A stretch of DNA of 64,000 nt from Seison nebaliae (GCA_023231475.1 JALJEE010001081.1:1-64000), one strand, 5' to 3'; numbered from the stretch's first letter, positions 11,381 to 26,280 are shown. Notes: generated from the sequence alone by a model not told the origin. Made by a program: numbers and translations.

Positions 11381-14300
11381 AGTACACATCGCCAAATATA
11401 CAATGATAGATGTGGCGATAAGAAACGTTGTCGAGGAAGCAATCGTCCATCTATTTTCATTCTTGACTTATTTACTTACAGCTCATAGAGGAAATAATCA
11501 ATAAATTACTTATTATCAATTCTGCACAATAACAAATAATATTTAATAATATTTAATATAATAAAACAATTGAAAAGAATAATATTTCTGCTTCGAGGTC
11601 ATTCCTAATTGCCTCCTTCCTTATTTCCCTTCGTTATTCCCTCCATTCTACACAATTATTCCAATGTTACATGTTGTGAGAATGCTGATGGGAAGTTGAA
11701 TGTATTCCTCCATCGTTCGACGAGTATTATTGCTTCGAATTTAATATCATTAATATCCATTCCTCAATCATCTCATAATGATCAGAAATGGGAATCCTAT
11801 TCTCCATTAATCTCAGGTTCTTCCCATTCAACTTTATAATTTGTCGTCTCGAATTCTTTTCTCGAATATTTTCCAGAAAACATTCGGATATGCACTCGCA
11901 ATTCATCGGAGATATCTGTTCCTTTTTCTGCCATTTTCTTTTAATTAAAAACTTCAACAAATTAATGTTTTCCTGTTGTGCCATTCTCTCATGTTGACTA
12001 CTCTCCAAATCCGATAATTTAATAACCGTCGAGAGATATGTTGTTATTTATGTTGGAGAAGGCTGCTTAACGACTTCATTATGATCCTCATCCATTATAC
12101 TCTTGCATCTGACAATGATGCTCACAATTATGAAAAAGATTGGCTCTCTCGAACACCATTCGACTCATCAGGAAACTGGTCAAGAACATACAACTTTTAC
12201 ATGGAACATAAGCCTTCTCTTTTCGTTCACACAATTTACTCTAATCTCATCATCAGCATTCTAATTGAATATAATACACTTATCTATTCATTCCCTCATA
12301 ATAACATTCATCAGTATTCTTTCTGTTGACTTCACTCTATTCTTTTCCAGTTTGATTCAGAGAGGAATGGACAAATAAATTAATAGCAAATCCATTTAAA
12401 TTGCCCATTCTCCATAATTAATGCATTATATTGGTATATCAGACTATCAAACTCATTCGACTTTCCCGGGTTAATATTAGAGTATTCTTTCGTCCTGAGG
12501 ACCGAAGACATATCATAAATATTCTTCCATTAAATTGTTAGATATCCCAAATTCATTTCTCCCAAACATTATTCTACTCCAAATCCGACTAGAAGCTAAC
12601 GCAATATTACATGCCGAAGGGGAGTGTAATTGAACCACATTAAAATGATTAAGGAAAATATTGGAATGGATTCGAAGCATTATTTCATATTAAAATCCTT
12701 CAACTAATACTTAACATACCATTGAATGAATATTGTATTCATACGACTTCCAATCATTATACTAACTTGATATAACGTACAAAGGAATGACTGCTGGCAT
12801 CAATGACAGGAACATATGCTTCCATCCTAACTTGATCGATAATGACTATAATAAGCTGAGAAACGATCATTACTTAACAGTCGAATTAATCCGATGATGA
12901 ACTTTAGTACAAATAATTTCATTTAATTGAAATGTTGTTTGGTGGATACTTGAGCGGATTTGTAAGAGATTCTAACGACTTAATGAGTATATGGAAAAAA
13001 TTTCTTTTCCTTTTGAACAAACTCGATCAAACGAAAAAAAGAAATAATTACCTCCCAACTTTGTAAATATTTTTGAATTTTGGGAGACCTATCTCAAATA
13101 TGTTTCATGGGAAAGAGAAACGTCTGAGGCCATGGAACATATCGATAAAGAAAGCCAATTCCCGATAGGTTTCAATAATTAGAGAAATAAACAGATCATG
13201 ATATTGTTCGAATGGTAATAGAATTTAAAATGATCGTGCTCTCTGATCCGAGATGATTACTCCTAATTAGACACATCGTTCTATTGCGTAGTGCACAGAA
13301 TGTGCACAAATACAAAAACTGTGGGAAAATAATAGAATTCGATGTTTGTTTATCCCGTGCTCTAATTGTGAGAGTTAATTGGTGTACGCTGAACAACTTC
13401 TTCGTTCAAGCAGTTAATAGGAATTGGAGAAATTATCGATACATTTCCTATTCAATAAATGGAGAGGAATTGCTACCAGGATGTCGAATTGACGTCTTGC
13501 CAATTTCAATTTAAATTCGTAACAACAACTGATTGTTTTCTAGCTCGACTAATTTGCGAATGGAAGTGACGGAATAATAGAGGACAATATAAGAAGATTA
13601 TTATATTTATATTGGGTTGAAGATGAAGAGGCGCCAATGCTCAGTGTGTAGAGCCAATAAAGGAAATGGTTGAAGATCGATTAAGAATATGCATCAGATG
13701 CCTTTAGCAGATGAAGCAGTTGCTTCTAATGCCATAAGCATAATCATTGTTCAATGGAAGTTCGAATACTCTTAATAACAAATTAATCTTCTTCTAAAAT
13801 TTCTTTTCATCTCCAATTTAGAATATCAAATTATATTATCATCAAAACTGTATCGGACAAATATTAAACACTTATCTCGTTTTCTAAACGACGAGATGGA
13901 TAATTGTCATTTCAATCCGAGTGAAAAAAAATCGATATTCTAATAAACCAGCTAATTCACATTTCTCTTCGAATATTAAAATCATTATTTCCTTTTAAAA
14001 ATTTCTCCCATGACCAATCAACTTCTACTCCAAAACATTGTGAAATAATTAAATTAACACTGTTTAATTTTTCCTATATTTTATTTCAGACGAGACACTT
14101 TTTTTCGAAAATATTATGAAAAATATATGATAGTCTGTAAATATCCGGTGGTGTATAAATCCGGTCGATTTTTCTAGACAATTTAGAAAATGTCCTTTTT
14201 TTGTAAGAAATATTCAACGTATCAGGTTGAATTTAATAATTGAATTTTCAGTTTCAAATATTTTAAAAAATCAAATTTTGGAAAAATGTTAAATGAATGT

Positions 14301-14544
14301 GTAAATACATCCTCCTAATATTTCTTCAATTTACATTTCATACGACATTATTTTGAAGTTATTTGAAAAAAAAATTAACTCAAATGATCAACTTTGAAAA
14401 TTGGGACAAAATTCATCAAATACAATTTACTTTTTTTTTTGAAAAAAGGTCAGATATAATTTAGAAAAAAGGGATATTTTTGAATATGTAGAGAAAATGG
14501 AAAATTTATTATGAATAATAAAATTAGCAAAAACAAAAAAATCT

Positions 14545-15010
14545 TTACATATTTAATGTCCTGCAAAATTCCATTGCGTCGTCTTTCTTGTAATTCTCTA
14601 ATTTGCTTAATAACTCCGACGACGGGGATGGAGATCTGGACGAATATTCTTGAGCTAATTTGATTTTTGCGATTGCTGACTGTTTCGTGATTGCTCCTAT
14701 AAATCTGAAAACATCGGGAGTGGAATCGCAAACCCATTATCGTTTGACTCCGATAAATTGTTGGTAAGCGGTAAACTTGAGATCAGTCCCTCCAATGTTT
14801 AATATTGTACCTTCCCGAACTGACGGAGTCAACATAGTTCTTCGCAATATAGTTAAATATAAGCTTCATTTTTTCTGGTATCATATGGATTGAATTTTCA
14901 AAAACTTCTATCACGTCTTCATTAGGGATGACATTTAAGTTTCCCTGGAAATTTGTCGATTTTTTAGTGCCTTCGATATCTTGCTTGTAGTTTGATATAT
15001 CTGAATATAT
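14545..15010 (-). mobile_element. Frameshifted MULE (Mutator-like) transposase C-terminal remnant
   Basis: Across three frames it reads LNVIPNEDVIEVFE...IFNYIAKNYV...RYNIKHW / LPLTNNLSESNDNGF / TPDVFRFIGAITKQSAIAKIKLAQ...LENYKKDDAMEFCRTL*. This follows the MULE C-terminal pattern LAFxPxxxVxxxF...YFxxxY...W...RTNNxxE...HPxIxxFI. ATCCGGT sub-repeats at about 14140-14166 may be a TIR remnant. Confidence 0.65.
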
Positions 15011-15607
15011 ATCTGATTTCTGAAGAATAATAAATGAATAAATTGACCATGATATTTCAGAATTTTCTATTCGAAATATAATTCCAATCGAATTAATTAT
15101 TAGTTCAAATTAATTGCACTTGTATATGCTCCCACACTATTTCAATTGACCTTCGGTTCGTTTTAATTGATGAATTAATTTTTCAAATTGTCACATTTTT
15201 CAGAATGCTAATTAGAAATTCTTGAGATTTTTAATAACTAGTAAAAATAAAATAATTGTAACATTATTGGAATTTATCACACGTTCGACACATTATTATA
15301 GTCAATTATCAGTTTGACAAATTTTAATTATCATAATAAGTTCTAATGTCGCTGTATAATGTAATGTTATTCGATGCAAGATAAGTAAAGAAAAAAATTT
15401 CGTCTTTGAACTTTGTTTGGTTGTTGACTTTGTGTGTTGTCTCCAGGTGTTCGATTAATTGGACATTTAATAGAGTTAAATTGATTTTTGGAGATAAATT
15501 TGTGAATAGTTGAGAGTGAGAGAGCGTCAAATTAAAAAAAGAAGCTGATGAATTTAAGAAGAAAAAAAGTAATGGAATGAATCGATATTGACTGAGAATT
15601 GGGATCA

Positions 15608-18600
15608 ATGTCTTCAATATATTTCGTGGTAGTTTTCTGTTTATTTCTTCCAATACTCTCCCCATTACTCCATTTCCTTCTTCGATGTTATTTGAAAAGA
15701 AAATTCTTTCTGGAATTGATCGAATATGATCGTCCTGGATATCTTTCTTTTTCAAATATCAGAATACGATGGGAAAATGGAATCGAATTGAAATGTAATC
15801 ATGTCATCTTTCGAATTCGTATGTTCCTTTCCAATACACATGATCTTGTCAATGTAGCGTTAGAGAATGTTGAAGTGATTTATGAAGAATCGACAAATAA
15901 TCCAAAAGGACCATCAACTGAAGAATTTGTGAAAAGACTTTGGTCTGGTGATGATGAATCATTTCAAGAATTTCATGAATTTTATGAAGATGAATTATCG
16001 AAATTTGCCACTTTCCTTTCCAAATTATATCGATGTCTCACCATTTTCTCTTATTTTCATAATCGATATTTCCGTTTGACGATGGAACGATTTAATTTTC
16101 GATATGTCAATGAAATAAATGGACAAATTCGAATTGAATTAAATAATTTGAATTTTGTTAATGAGAATGATACGAAATTACGAGAATATCAATTATCGAT
16201 TGATCGTCAAGTGATTTGGTTAGATGAAAAATGGAAAAATGTGAAGAAAGAAGAAAATTTGGAAGAATCAAAAAATTTATTGAAAATTATTGGAAATAAA
16301 TTATCGATAAAATGTTCATGTTTAAGAGAAGTTCTTGTGGAATTTTCAAAATTGAGAAAAAATATTTATTTGAAACGAAAAAGAAATTTGGGAGAAATTG
16401 ATGGAAAGAAGAATTATTTAGATGAATTGATTCATTCTCATAAACATAAATTTCTTTATAAATCAGCATGTTTATTGAATGAGATGTTAATAGAAGAAGA
16501 ATCGATTCATATAACAATTCCTGTTGATGATGATAATGATATGGATCGATTATCAGAAATTTTGAAAATGTTCCGTTCTCAAGTAAAAAATAAAACGGAA
16601 ATTAATTCATTTATAAAACATGTTGGACAATTACGATTAATAAGTCATTTAATTCATTTAATTGTTGATTTCCGATTAATTATTCATAAATTTTTTATTG
16701 AAATTGGCACAAAACTTCCACTGGATATTTATCGAGGAATTGAATATGAAATGGAAAAAATTGACATACAATTTATTCATCGAATGAAAGAATTGAATGT
16801 AAATCATCGATATGAACAATCAAGATTACGTTCAATTCTCTCTTATTATATTTTCCATTGGCATCATATGCCAATTAATTCGAATGAGAAATGTGGTCAA
16901 GATGATGGAAAAATTTTATTTTCAGAATTTAATTTAATTTTCAAATTAACTTCATTTCATTTGAATGATAATTGGAAATTAAATCGACGACAAAGTCGAA
17001 TCGATTCATTAAATATCATTATCGATTGTAATAATCATGAAGAGCGATTGGAATTGACGAGTAATTGTGAAGAAATCGTTTGGATTTTATCAAATCGTTT
17101 CCAAAAAGGAAATAAATCAAATTCAATTCAAATTTCTAAATGGGAAACAATTGAAGAAATGTTGAAATTATTCCGTTTTTATAAAGTAAAAATTGGTGGA
17201 AATCGAATGGAATTATTACTTCCATTATCTGTCTCATTTGATGATTTATGTTTTTTTTCAAATGATTTCCAATTAAATTTATTCAATAACTCACAATGGA
17301 AATATAAAGGAATATTGAAATCAAATAATTTTTCAATTGAGAATTATTTATTAAGAAAACGATGTCTCGGTAGAAATAATTCATCAAATTTCGATTATTC
17401 AACTCATCAATTTAATAGTTTTTTTGACGTTCGACAAATCGGTTGTCAATTAAATTATGATTTAAATAACAGAAATGGTGACATAATATCCTTTTTAGAT
17501 AATGTTCGTTTCGAATATAATTTAATGAATGAGAAAATATTTCAAATTCTTTTACAAAAGAATAATGATGAGAATGATGAAAATGAATTAAATTCAAATA
17601 AAAATTATTTATCAAAAATATTTCGATTGAGTAAATGGAATTTAATTTTAGATATGAAAGAAATTTTCATTATTTATAATTGTCATCAACCAATTTATTT
17701 ATTATATCAAATCGATTATCTAGTAATGGAGAAATGTCATTTCAATTCAATCAATCAATTGGCATGTAGAAAAATGAAATTATTTTGCTCAAATGATATT
17801 GGTAGTGATAAAAATTCCACCGTTATTTTACCACCTAAACAATCATATGATATCTTTAAATTATCTTCTACATTTCCTCAACATTCTTCCACTTATACCA
17901 CCAAACATCTGGAAATGGATAGTCTCATATTCGATTATGATTCCAAAGCAGAAATTTTTGATTTCAATATGAGATATTGTCGCCAACTCAAAGTCAGTTC
18001 AATGAACGAATTAAGAGATTTGAGAAGAGAATTTGGAGGTGAAGAATTACCAAATAATTCTGATCATAATAATCAAATAACGATAAGTTGTCATCGAGAT
18101 TTCCATTTATTGTGGATGTATTTTCTGAAAGATCTCCATCAATTTCGACGTCTCATAACAAAGAAATTTTCAAATTCTCAAACTAAGTCAAAAAGGAAAC
18201 GTATCTATGTCATGTTCCCATTAATCGTCAAATTTCATTTATTGATGAATGACGGTTTTTCGATGGTTTTCGTTTTGGACAATTTACTCGTCAAACGATA
18301 TTGGAAGGAATATGAATATATCGATTATATGATGGCAGTATCGAATATTCGTTTATATTTCCAAGATCGACGAATAGTCTTTCTTTCTAATGTGCAATTA
18401 ATTCGAAGTCATTTGAATCGTTTAGAAGAAGAAAATTCTTTCAAGATATTCGGAAAGAAATTAAATGAGAAACGAAAATTAATTTCGAATGGGATTACTG
18501 TAGAAAATAATTGTTGGATTGTTGATATTGCTAATATATTTTTTACTTTTCCTTCACGATTCGATTTTGCTTCGGCTTATAACGAGTGGTCAAAATATTT

Positions 18601-21600
18601 GAAATGGAGAAAACAAGTTCTCCTTCAACATTTCCATCAAAATTCATCAAATTCAAATAATGAACCGATAATTTCATTACCGAGAGATTGTTTTTTAAAA
18701 ATCCATCAATTCATCTTCTCAATCGAAGACGATTGGTTCGATATTTTCATCGGAACGTCATATCGTCAGAAGAAGAAAGAAATGGAATTGAGAGAAGATT
18801 CTGATATTCTCGAAGAAAAATTTAAAAAAAAGAAAAAAAAGAAACAAAATTTCTCCGATAACGAATTGGAAACGGGAACATATGTGACGGCAAAAACCGG
18901 TCATAAATCATTCTCATCGAAAGATACTTCACGAACAACATCAATTCCAAATGGAACTACTACAAATACTACAACAACAACAACAACAACAACAACAACA
19001 TCAGGAAATGATTGGGAGAAAATGTCGAAGAGTTTCATAAGACATTTCCGTGAAGTGGTAGAGGATGAACATAATCGATATAATGAGGAACAATTCAATT
19101 TTAGAGATACATTAAATTGTGAGAATTGTGATGTATTCAAATGGAACGGATTCACTCGACCGTTGTTCGTTTGGCGAATGGTCAATTTCGACTTGTATGT
19201 TCTTGTCGATGAGACGTTGAATGGAAAAGAGAATGTTTTGAAATTGATGAAAGATGTTGATGAGAATTGTGAACATTTATCATTGGAGAAAGATTCGTTC
19301 AATATAATGTGGGCAAGATTTGTGGAATTGAGTTTGACTGAATTTCGTTTGAATTTTCGTGATTATCCACAACATTTGAATCAAATGAAAAATATGATTA
19401 TTCGAGGTCGATTTGGTGCATCCGAATCAATCGGACCACAATATGCTTTCCATCAATTCCAATTAATGATGTGTAGTCCATGGGACGATATGGTAATTGA
19501 ACGGAATTTAATGCCACTTAAATATTATTATGATTTAGATTGGAATGTGGAATATGCTCAATTTTCTTATGGACCATGTTGGGAGAGTGTGATGGCTGAT
19601 TTAAATTTAGCTTTCGATGATATTTTCCGTTCATCGATCGATCGTTCTCCACCGTTACCATGGTGGGATAAATTACGTCTTCTTTATCATGGCACACATC
19701 GAATTCATATGAAGAAACTTTATTATTTATATCATCTCTCACTTGATCCATATAGTAACAATGAGAGAATGCAATTCAATTTCGATGATTTATTATGGAA
19801 AATCGTCAACGCAAATTGGTCATATGATACGAAACGACTCGTTGTTCTTGTGAGATCCGCTCCACGATATGATAATTTCCGTTTGATTAATCTACCTGAA
19901 TTATCACTCAATATTCGATTGGGATGGATTTGTCGTCAAGAAATGCCGAAAAATTCAAAATTTTTTTTGAAAAATAATCCAACTTTTTTAAATCGTTCCA
20001 ATCATGGTGGAAGTAATAATCATAATAATGTCATTCGATGTACTCCCCAGAGATTACAAGCGGTCAATTTCCATTCACATGATAGTTATCTTTGGTTTCG
20101 ATCGAGAAAATTGAATGTTCAATTAGATATCGTTTGTGAGAATGTTTCCAATAATCCTGCCACAATTTTACTTCGATCGTCAACTTTTCGTTTTATTGAG
20201 AGAATGAAAATTCTGTTAACGAATGTTACACGACCGATACGTCGTGGGAAATTGTTTAATAATTTCAAACCGAAAAAAACTCCGTTGGGACGTCATTATG
20301 ACAAATTTAATTTGAATTTAAAAATTCCGTCAGTGACGGTCGTTTATCGAAGTTCGTTTAGTGAACAATTGGGATTTATGTTGACTACGGAATCGATGAC
20401 TGCTGAATTATTGATGAGATTACATTTGACGAAACGGAAGAATGAGGAGATGTTATTGACGAAGAATAAGAAATTGATAATCAGTTCGACGAATTCGTTA
20501 AAGAATCGGACAAATTCGTTAAAAAGGAGACCGAGAGCCATATGGAAAGTGAGTGAAACGAAAGTGAATATTGCACGTTCCATTCTCTTCCTCACTAAAT
20601 GTCAGGGTGAGGAAGGTATCAAACAATTACTATTTCCAGAACGATCGTTCCTTTTAGAAATCGGTTCGATGGAATATCGAACGGAATTATGGAAGAAAGA
20701 TTTCCGCATTTATCAGACATCGAATGATGCCGATTCTTCCACCGTCACTTGTTCACATCATTGTTCAGTGAATAATATTCAAAATCAATCATTAATAAAT
20801 AATAATTTGAAATTAAATGAATCATCACCGAAGAAAAATGGACATCATTCCTCATTCCTGAGTAAATCGAATAGAATGAAACAAATTATCGATGCGAAAA
20901 TTATCGGTAAGAAAATGTTCGGTTATTCATCAGAACGAGCTAACACTTTCTCACAAATTATCGATACATTAGATGATAAGAATCGTCGTTATAAACCAGA
21001 AATGAGGAAAACTTCGGTCATCGAACATTCAACTCTTCCTCCTAAGCCTAACACGAAATTAAATTGTGGGAAATGTTTGAAACATCATCATCATCATGCA
21101 CAGAAACAACGTAGTGATTCGTCGTCGTTATCAATTTCGTCGTTTCAATCGTCGAAATATCATCGAAATATTGCACAAATATCGAACGTGAAAGTTCATT
21201 GGGATAAACATAATTCGGAAGTAATCGATTGTCTCATTCTTTCTCTAAGAAAGATAAGAGATTTCCGATATTATCTCTCAACCGACGCTCTCAAATGGAT
21301 TCGATTGACAAAATCAGAAAAAGAGAATGAAAATGTCAATAACATTCATTCAAATGAAAACGACGATGATGATGATGATGATGATGATAATGATGATGAT
21401 ATTAATATTGATGAGAAAGAAAAATGGACATTAGAAAAAAATGATTTTAAAAACTACCGGACAAGAAATCAATCGGCAACTTTCCATTATGATGATTCTG
21501 ATGATGATTATCATAAAGATGAAAGATTGAAAGAGAGACGTCACAATATTTCCGATGATCGATTGAATGATCATCGTCGACGATCGTCTAATCATCTATT

Positions 21601-24600
21601 AAATCATTTAACAGACGCTCGTTCCCATCAGACAATTTATGATAATGAGAACGAAGATGATTTTTGTTGTAAAAATAAAATGGCTCGTGGAGAAAGTTTC
21701 GAAAAAGAAATTGAAATTGATGAGGGAAAATTGGAAAAATTGGAAAAGAAAAATCCAAAATCAAAATGTGATCATCATCGTCATCAATACACGTCGAAAC
21801 ATCTTCATGGAATTGATCTGTGTCAAATGAACGATGAAATTGAGAAGAATTTTGATATAAAATTTAATAATATTCAAATTTTAGTACAAGGAGTTGAAAC
21901 GTTCACGAGAAAACATGTTTTACTCGTCGCTTCTGAATTGAATGTGAAATCATTTCGACATAGTCTTCTCGTTGACGAATCGGAGAATCATTTGAAATTG
22001 TTGAGGAAGAATACATTCCAAGGAAGTGTCTCCAAAATGAGTTGTTTCTCAGTCAAGGATGAAATCTTCCGGAACGAATGTGAAAGAGTTGTTCATTTGA
22101 GAGGATGTCGAAATCAATTTTTCAAAAAAATGGACAATAAATTAATTGCGGCTGCTTTCCTTCCCCATTTGGATAATGCGAAAGAAATTGTCGTTACATT
22201 ACCAGCATCGTCGACTGTCTGGTTGACGGACGAACAAATGAATGAATCGTTGATGGGATATAATGTGGTGACAGGTGAAGGTAAACATAATCAATCATAT
22301 AAAAATCAAATGTCGAATAGTTTTGGGGCGGAATTTTATATAATTAAATTCGAAGAAGTTATCGAGAAAAGTGAAATTGATGGAATCGAATTGGAGTATT
22401 TGAAAAAACATCGGACAACACCTCATGAGAATGAATTAGAATCAGCGAATACAGCTACGGTAATTTTACACGATGTAGAAATGACGACGGATAATAAAGA
22501 ATTTCAATTATTATATGATATAATGACAAACTTAATTCTCCATACGGAAGCGGTCAAAAAAGACGAGATGGAACGATTAAAATGTGAACGACTTTCTTGG
22601 ATGCTTCGTTCCAATCAAGAACAACGAACGGAAATTTTATCGTTGAAAGATCATTGTAAGACACTTCTCCGTCAACGACGACATTTGGAAAATGCTTTTT
22701 ATGATCTGCAGGAAGAGAGTGCTTCAAATATCGTCACTGATGATCATTTAACAGAATTGGTTCATAGTTCAAATCGAAGTCGATTCGATGAGAATGATGA
22801 GGAGAAGAAAATGAAAGAGAAAGGAATTGAGAAGAAATTCTTGTCGAAGGAATTGCGAGATATATTCATACAATATAAATGTTGTACGAATTCCATCGAC
22901 ATTTCAAAATGGTCACATTTTCCGAAGAAAAAGAAAGAAATGATAATTAATGAATGTTATCAACTTCTCAAACGACAATTGGCCGTCTCAGCCGATAATA
23001 TCGGAAATCGAGTAAATTGGTATAAAGAGACGATGAATATTAAAGATCCGAATGATAACGAGAAGGAAAAAAAAGAAGAAAAAAATCCGTTAAAATCCCG
23101 TCATGAAATTCATGTCCGATCGGCGTTATTAAATGTACATTCCACCGAAACAAAATATGAAACTCAACGAGGGAAATTTTCCTTGAAATCATTTCGATAT
23201 ATAAAACGATCATTCGAAGATAATAAAAAAGAACATCGATTCGAATTGGATTATGCTGATATAACTGACAATTCTTTAGGAGTCGAATCGAGTGAAGTTC
23301 TCATTCCCATGAAAATGGACGCAATTTCCGGTTTACCACGAAATTTAGTGAAACAACCGAAAGACGGTCAATTACCAATGGTACATGCACTCATCAAAGA
23401 ACGTCCACCAGTCGGCGGAATTCCAATTATCGAACAATTGGCAGTAAATATCGTTCCAATTCGATTATATATCGAACATGTTTTCTCCGATTTCCTCATC
23501 AATTTCTTCGTCAATGGTCGTATAGAACGAGCTGATGCGAAAATAATTCCAACTTATTTGGGCAGTCTCGTCATTCTTCAAGACGCGCACAACATGTTCC
23601 ATATTAAACAACGGAAAATTCATGTTAATTCGATGAATAACGAACATATTTTAACGAACTCTCAATTAATCTCATCAACTACCGACCCGAAAATGGCCAT
23701 AATCGTCGACTATCCAGATACGAATTCAATTCACACAGAAAAAGACGCCGCCTCAAATTACGATTCATATAGTCTTAAAGGACTCGATACAAATAACGGA
23801 AGACGAAGTAAATTTCTGAAACGATTTCATGATCGACATCGTCATCGACAGAGTCAGGAACATCTCCCTCAAACGGAAACTGAATCATTCCAAAATACGT
23901 TGTCATTCAACGAAAATGATGAAAATGAGAATGATTATAGTAATATGAAACATGAAATAGAAAATGATGGAAATGATCAGAAATATTTGAATGATCAGAA
24001 TATGATCGAAATTATGCACGACCGTTTAATAAACACAACATTCGCCCACATCTATATCGGAGACATTCCACTTCTGTTGACGTATAAAAGTTCGAAACAT
24101 TTCAAAAATTTGAATGACATTCATGTTCTACTTCCTGCATTTGAACGCACTAATGTCGTATGGACATGGATGGATTTCATTGACAATTTTAAGAATGACG
24201 CACGTCGTCATTTGAAGACACAAGCCATCAAAGGCAAAATCAGTTCACAATTGACTGATTTGAGAAATTATTTTCGTCTTAAAAAATCGTCGGAAAACAA
24301 ATCAGCGAAAATTAAAAAGACTAAACGACTCTTCAGAACGAAAAATTTCAGTTCTCCTTTTAATAAATATTAAAAAATTTATATTGTTCTTTTTTAGAAG
24401 TGAATTCTGATTATAATTTGTCGAATTTGAATAATCTTTCGAGTGAATGTCTCAGTCGAGCCGATCCGACGAGAAATGCTTTGGGATTCTCCGATATGGG
24501 AATGGAAAAGAAGAAAATTACTCATCGAACTAATCGATCACTCTCTCCCAATCGAACGAACGATAAATCATCTACAAATCTTTTCAAAACTCTAAATCAG

Positions 24601-24615
24601 TGCTACTATCCTTAA
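15608..24615 (+). CDS. BLTP2: Bridge-like lipid transfer protein 2 (KIAA0100/Hobbit/Fmp27 family); one 8.7-kb exon, then a probable intron at 24351-24397
   Basis: N-terminal TM anchor. Family motifs FRDYPQ, PLKYYYD, SYGPCWE, SPPLPWWDKLRLLYHG, HDSYLWFRS, RPIRRGKLFNN, PPVGGIPIIEQLAVNIVP, WTWMDF. The GTTCTC...TTTAG intron continues in frame into ORF 24400-24615. Confidence 0.9.
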
Positions 24616-25017
24616 ATGTTCAACTCATTCAAAGAAATGCAAATTATTCTTAAACTCAATTATTAATAAGAAGTGGAAGAGAAAAAAACATTAGTTTTAA
24701 TATTCATCGCGTTAAAGTTTATCTATTAGACTCTCACATCAGTCTTTTTAGTTTGTTAAATATTCTTAATTTATTTTAATAACGTTTTCTATTTTCAATT
24801 GTTTTCTTAATTTAATGAAAATTTTAAGGAAATTCAATTCCAAATTTCCTGAACTGACACTCTTTTTGAGTTCTGATTAATAAAAATTTAAATTATTTTC
24901 CGTTTCAAATTAAAATTTTAAAGAAGATAAATAAAAATTGTAATTTAGGAACAATTCTTTTATTTCGAAGGAAAATTTAAAAAATTAGTAATTAGTTCGG
25001 AGGAGATATTACGTTTT

Positions 25018-26280
25018 CTAATTAAAAATTTCCGTTGTTTCACTCGAGGAAGTGACGACACTACCGGATGATAGAACGAACGCGGAAGAAATAGAATGAT
25101 TTGTCAAATTCGTTAAATCAGCGATAGACGGAATTCGATTTGGTGGAACGTTGCGATGTTGCGACGAAGTCGGAAAACAACTTCCTGTCATCCGGCTGTT
25201 GTTCATGTTGTTATTGTTGTTGTTGGGGAAGAAATTGTTGGAGATGGTAATTGGAACGACGGGAGAAGAACTTCCTAGATGCTTCACAGGAAACATGGGA
25301 TACATTTGGGGTGGATAGAAATTACTGTAATTTCCAGTAGCTAAAAAGAATTTGAAAAAAAAAATTTTTTTTAATTAATTAAATTATTATTTGATATTAT
25401 TATTAGTTGAAAAATAAAAGTTGAACTTGTTGGGAAGATGTTCATGTTATTTGGTGGTGTTTTGCCCATTGACATTTGTTGAAGAAAATTGAGATATTGT
25501 TCTTGTTGTTGGAAGGTGGGAAAGGGGAAGTTGTTTGGGATCATTTTATTCTTTCTGGTATTTGCCCGTCTCGTTCTTTCTGATGCTACTCCCATATTCT
25601 TTTGTCGTTTCGTATATTTTCTTTTGGGTTTAGGTAATTCGGGCAGGGAATCAGTATCAGTAGGTGAAAGTGAATTTTTTGGTTGTTTTTTCGTTAATCT
25701 CTTCGTATATTTTCTTTTAGGTCGAGTGAAATTGCTTGATATTGGTGGGGGAATGACTTCCATTGGATATTGAGGAAGTAGTTGAACTGGTGGCACCATC
25801 GAATTCATAGGAATTGAATGATTAGTAATTGTTGGATATGGAATCGGAGAATTATCAGATGTAACAGAGAAATGTTTCCGGTCGTCGATTTTTGGTTGTT
25901 CAGTTTTCGACTCATAGAACGAGGTTGGAATGGAAGAAACAGTCGTAGTCAATGGGAGAAATTGATTAGTAGAAGAAATTTCACTCAACGAGAATTCGGA
26001 GGGATCACATAGTGGAAGATATTCGTCGTTAAATGGATCGATATTACGATTGAGCATTTCACCCGACTGATTCGAGAAACATGACAATTGGGAGGGTGTC
26101 GTCTTTTCGAGTTTATTCAACTTCTTAAATTTCGAATAAGAGTTGGTGGGTTGATCCAGAATCGTCTCGTTATCAGTTCCTAGTTAATTGGAAAAGATTT
26201 CGGAAATTAATTAGCTGAATCATTTGGAAAAGAAGGAAATGTGAACGATTCAATTCGTTCAAAGTTAATGATTTTTCCAT
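25018..26280 (-). CDS. Orphan Pro/Ser/Asn-rich protein with two PKRKYTKR basic motifs (likely nuclear); introns 26180-26246 and 25341-25426
   Basis: ATG at 26280. Two GTT...AG introns join three exons in frame (MEKSLTLNELN-R-TDNE... and IFPT-T-TGNYSNFYPPQMYP...). Confidence 0.65.

Noticed and set aside
8700..13520. Numerous 60-107-aa ORFs in the GPCR upstream region (similarly 35325-35656, 42402-42901, 56196-58251)
   Set aside because: They overlap on both strands, often lack ATG starts, show no domains and have no consistent splice structure.
13620..13750. KRRQCSVC…CIRC pattern reminiscent of a piggyBac C-terminal Cys-rich domain
   Set aside because: It needs several frameshifts and stops, and no transposase core or TIR is nearby. 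Too weak to support.
15112..15123. AATTGCACTTGT matches the miR-92 family 5' end
   Set aside because: The rest of the mature sequence does not match and there is no precursor arm.
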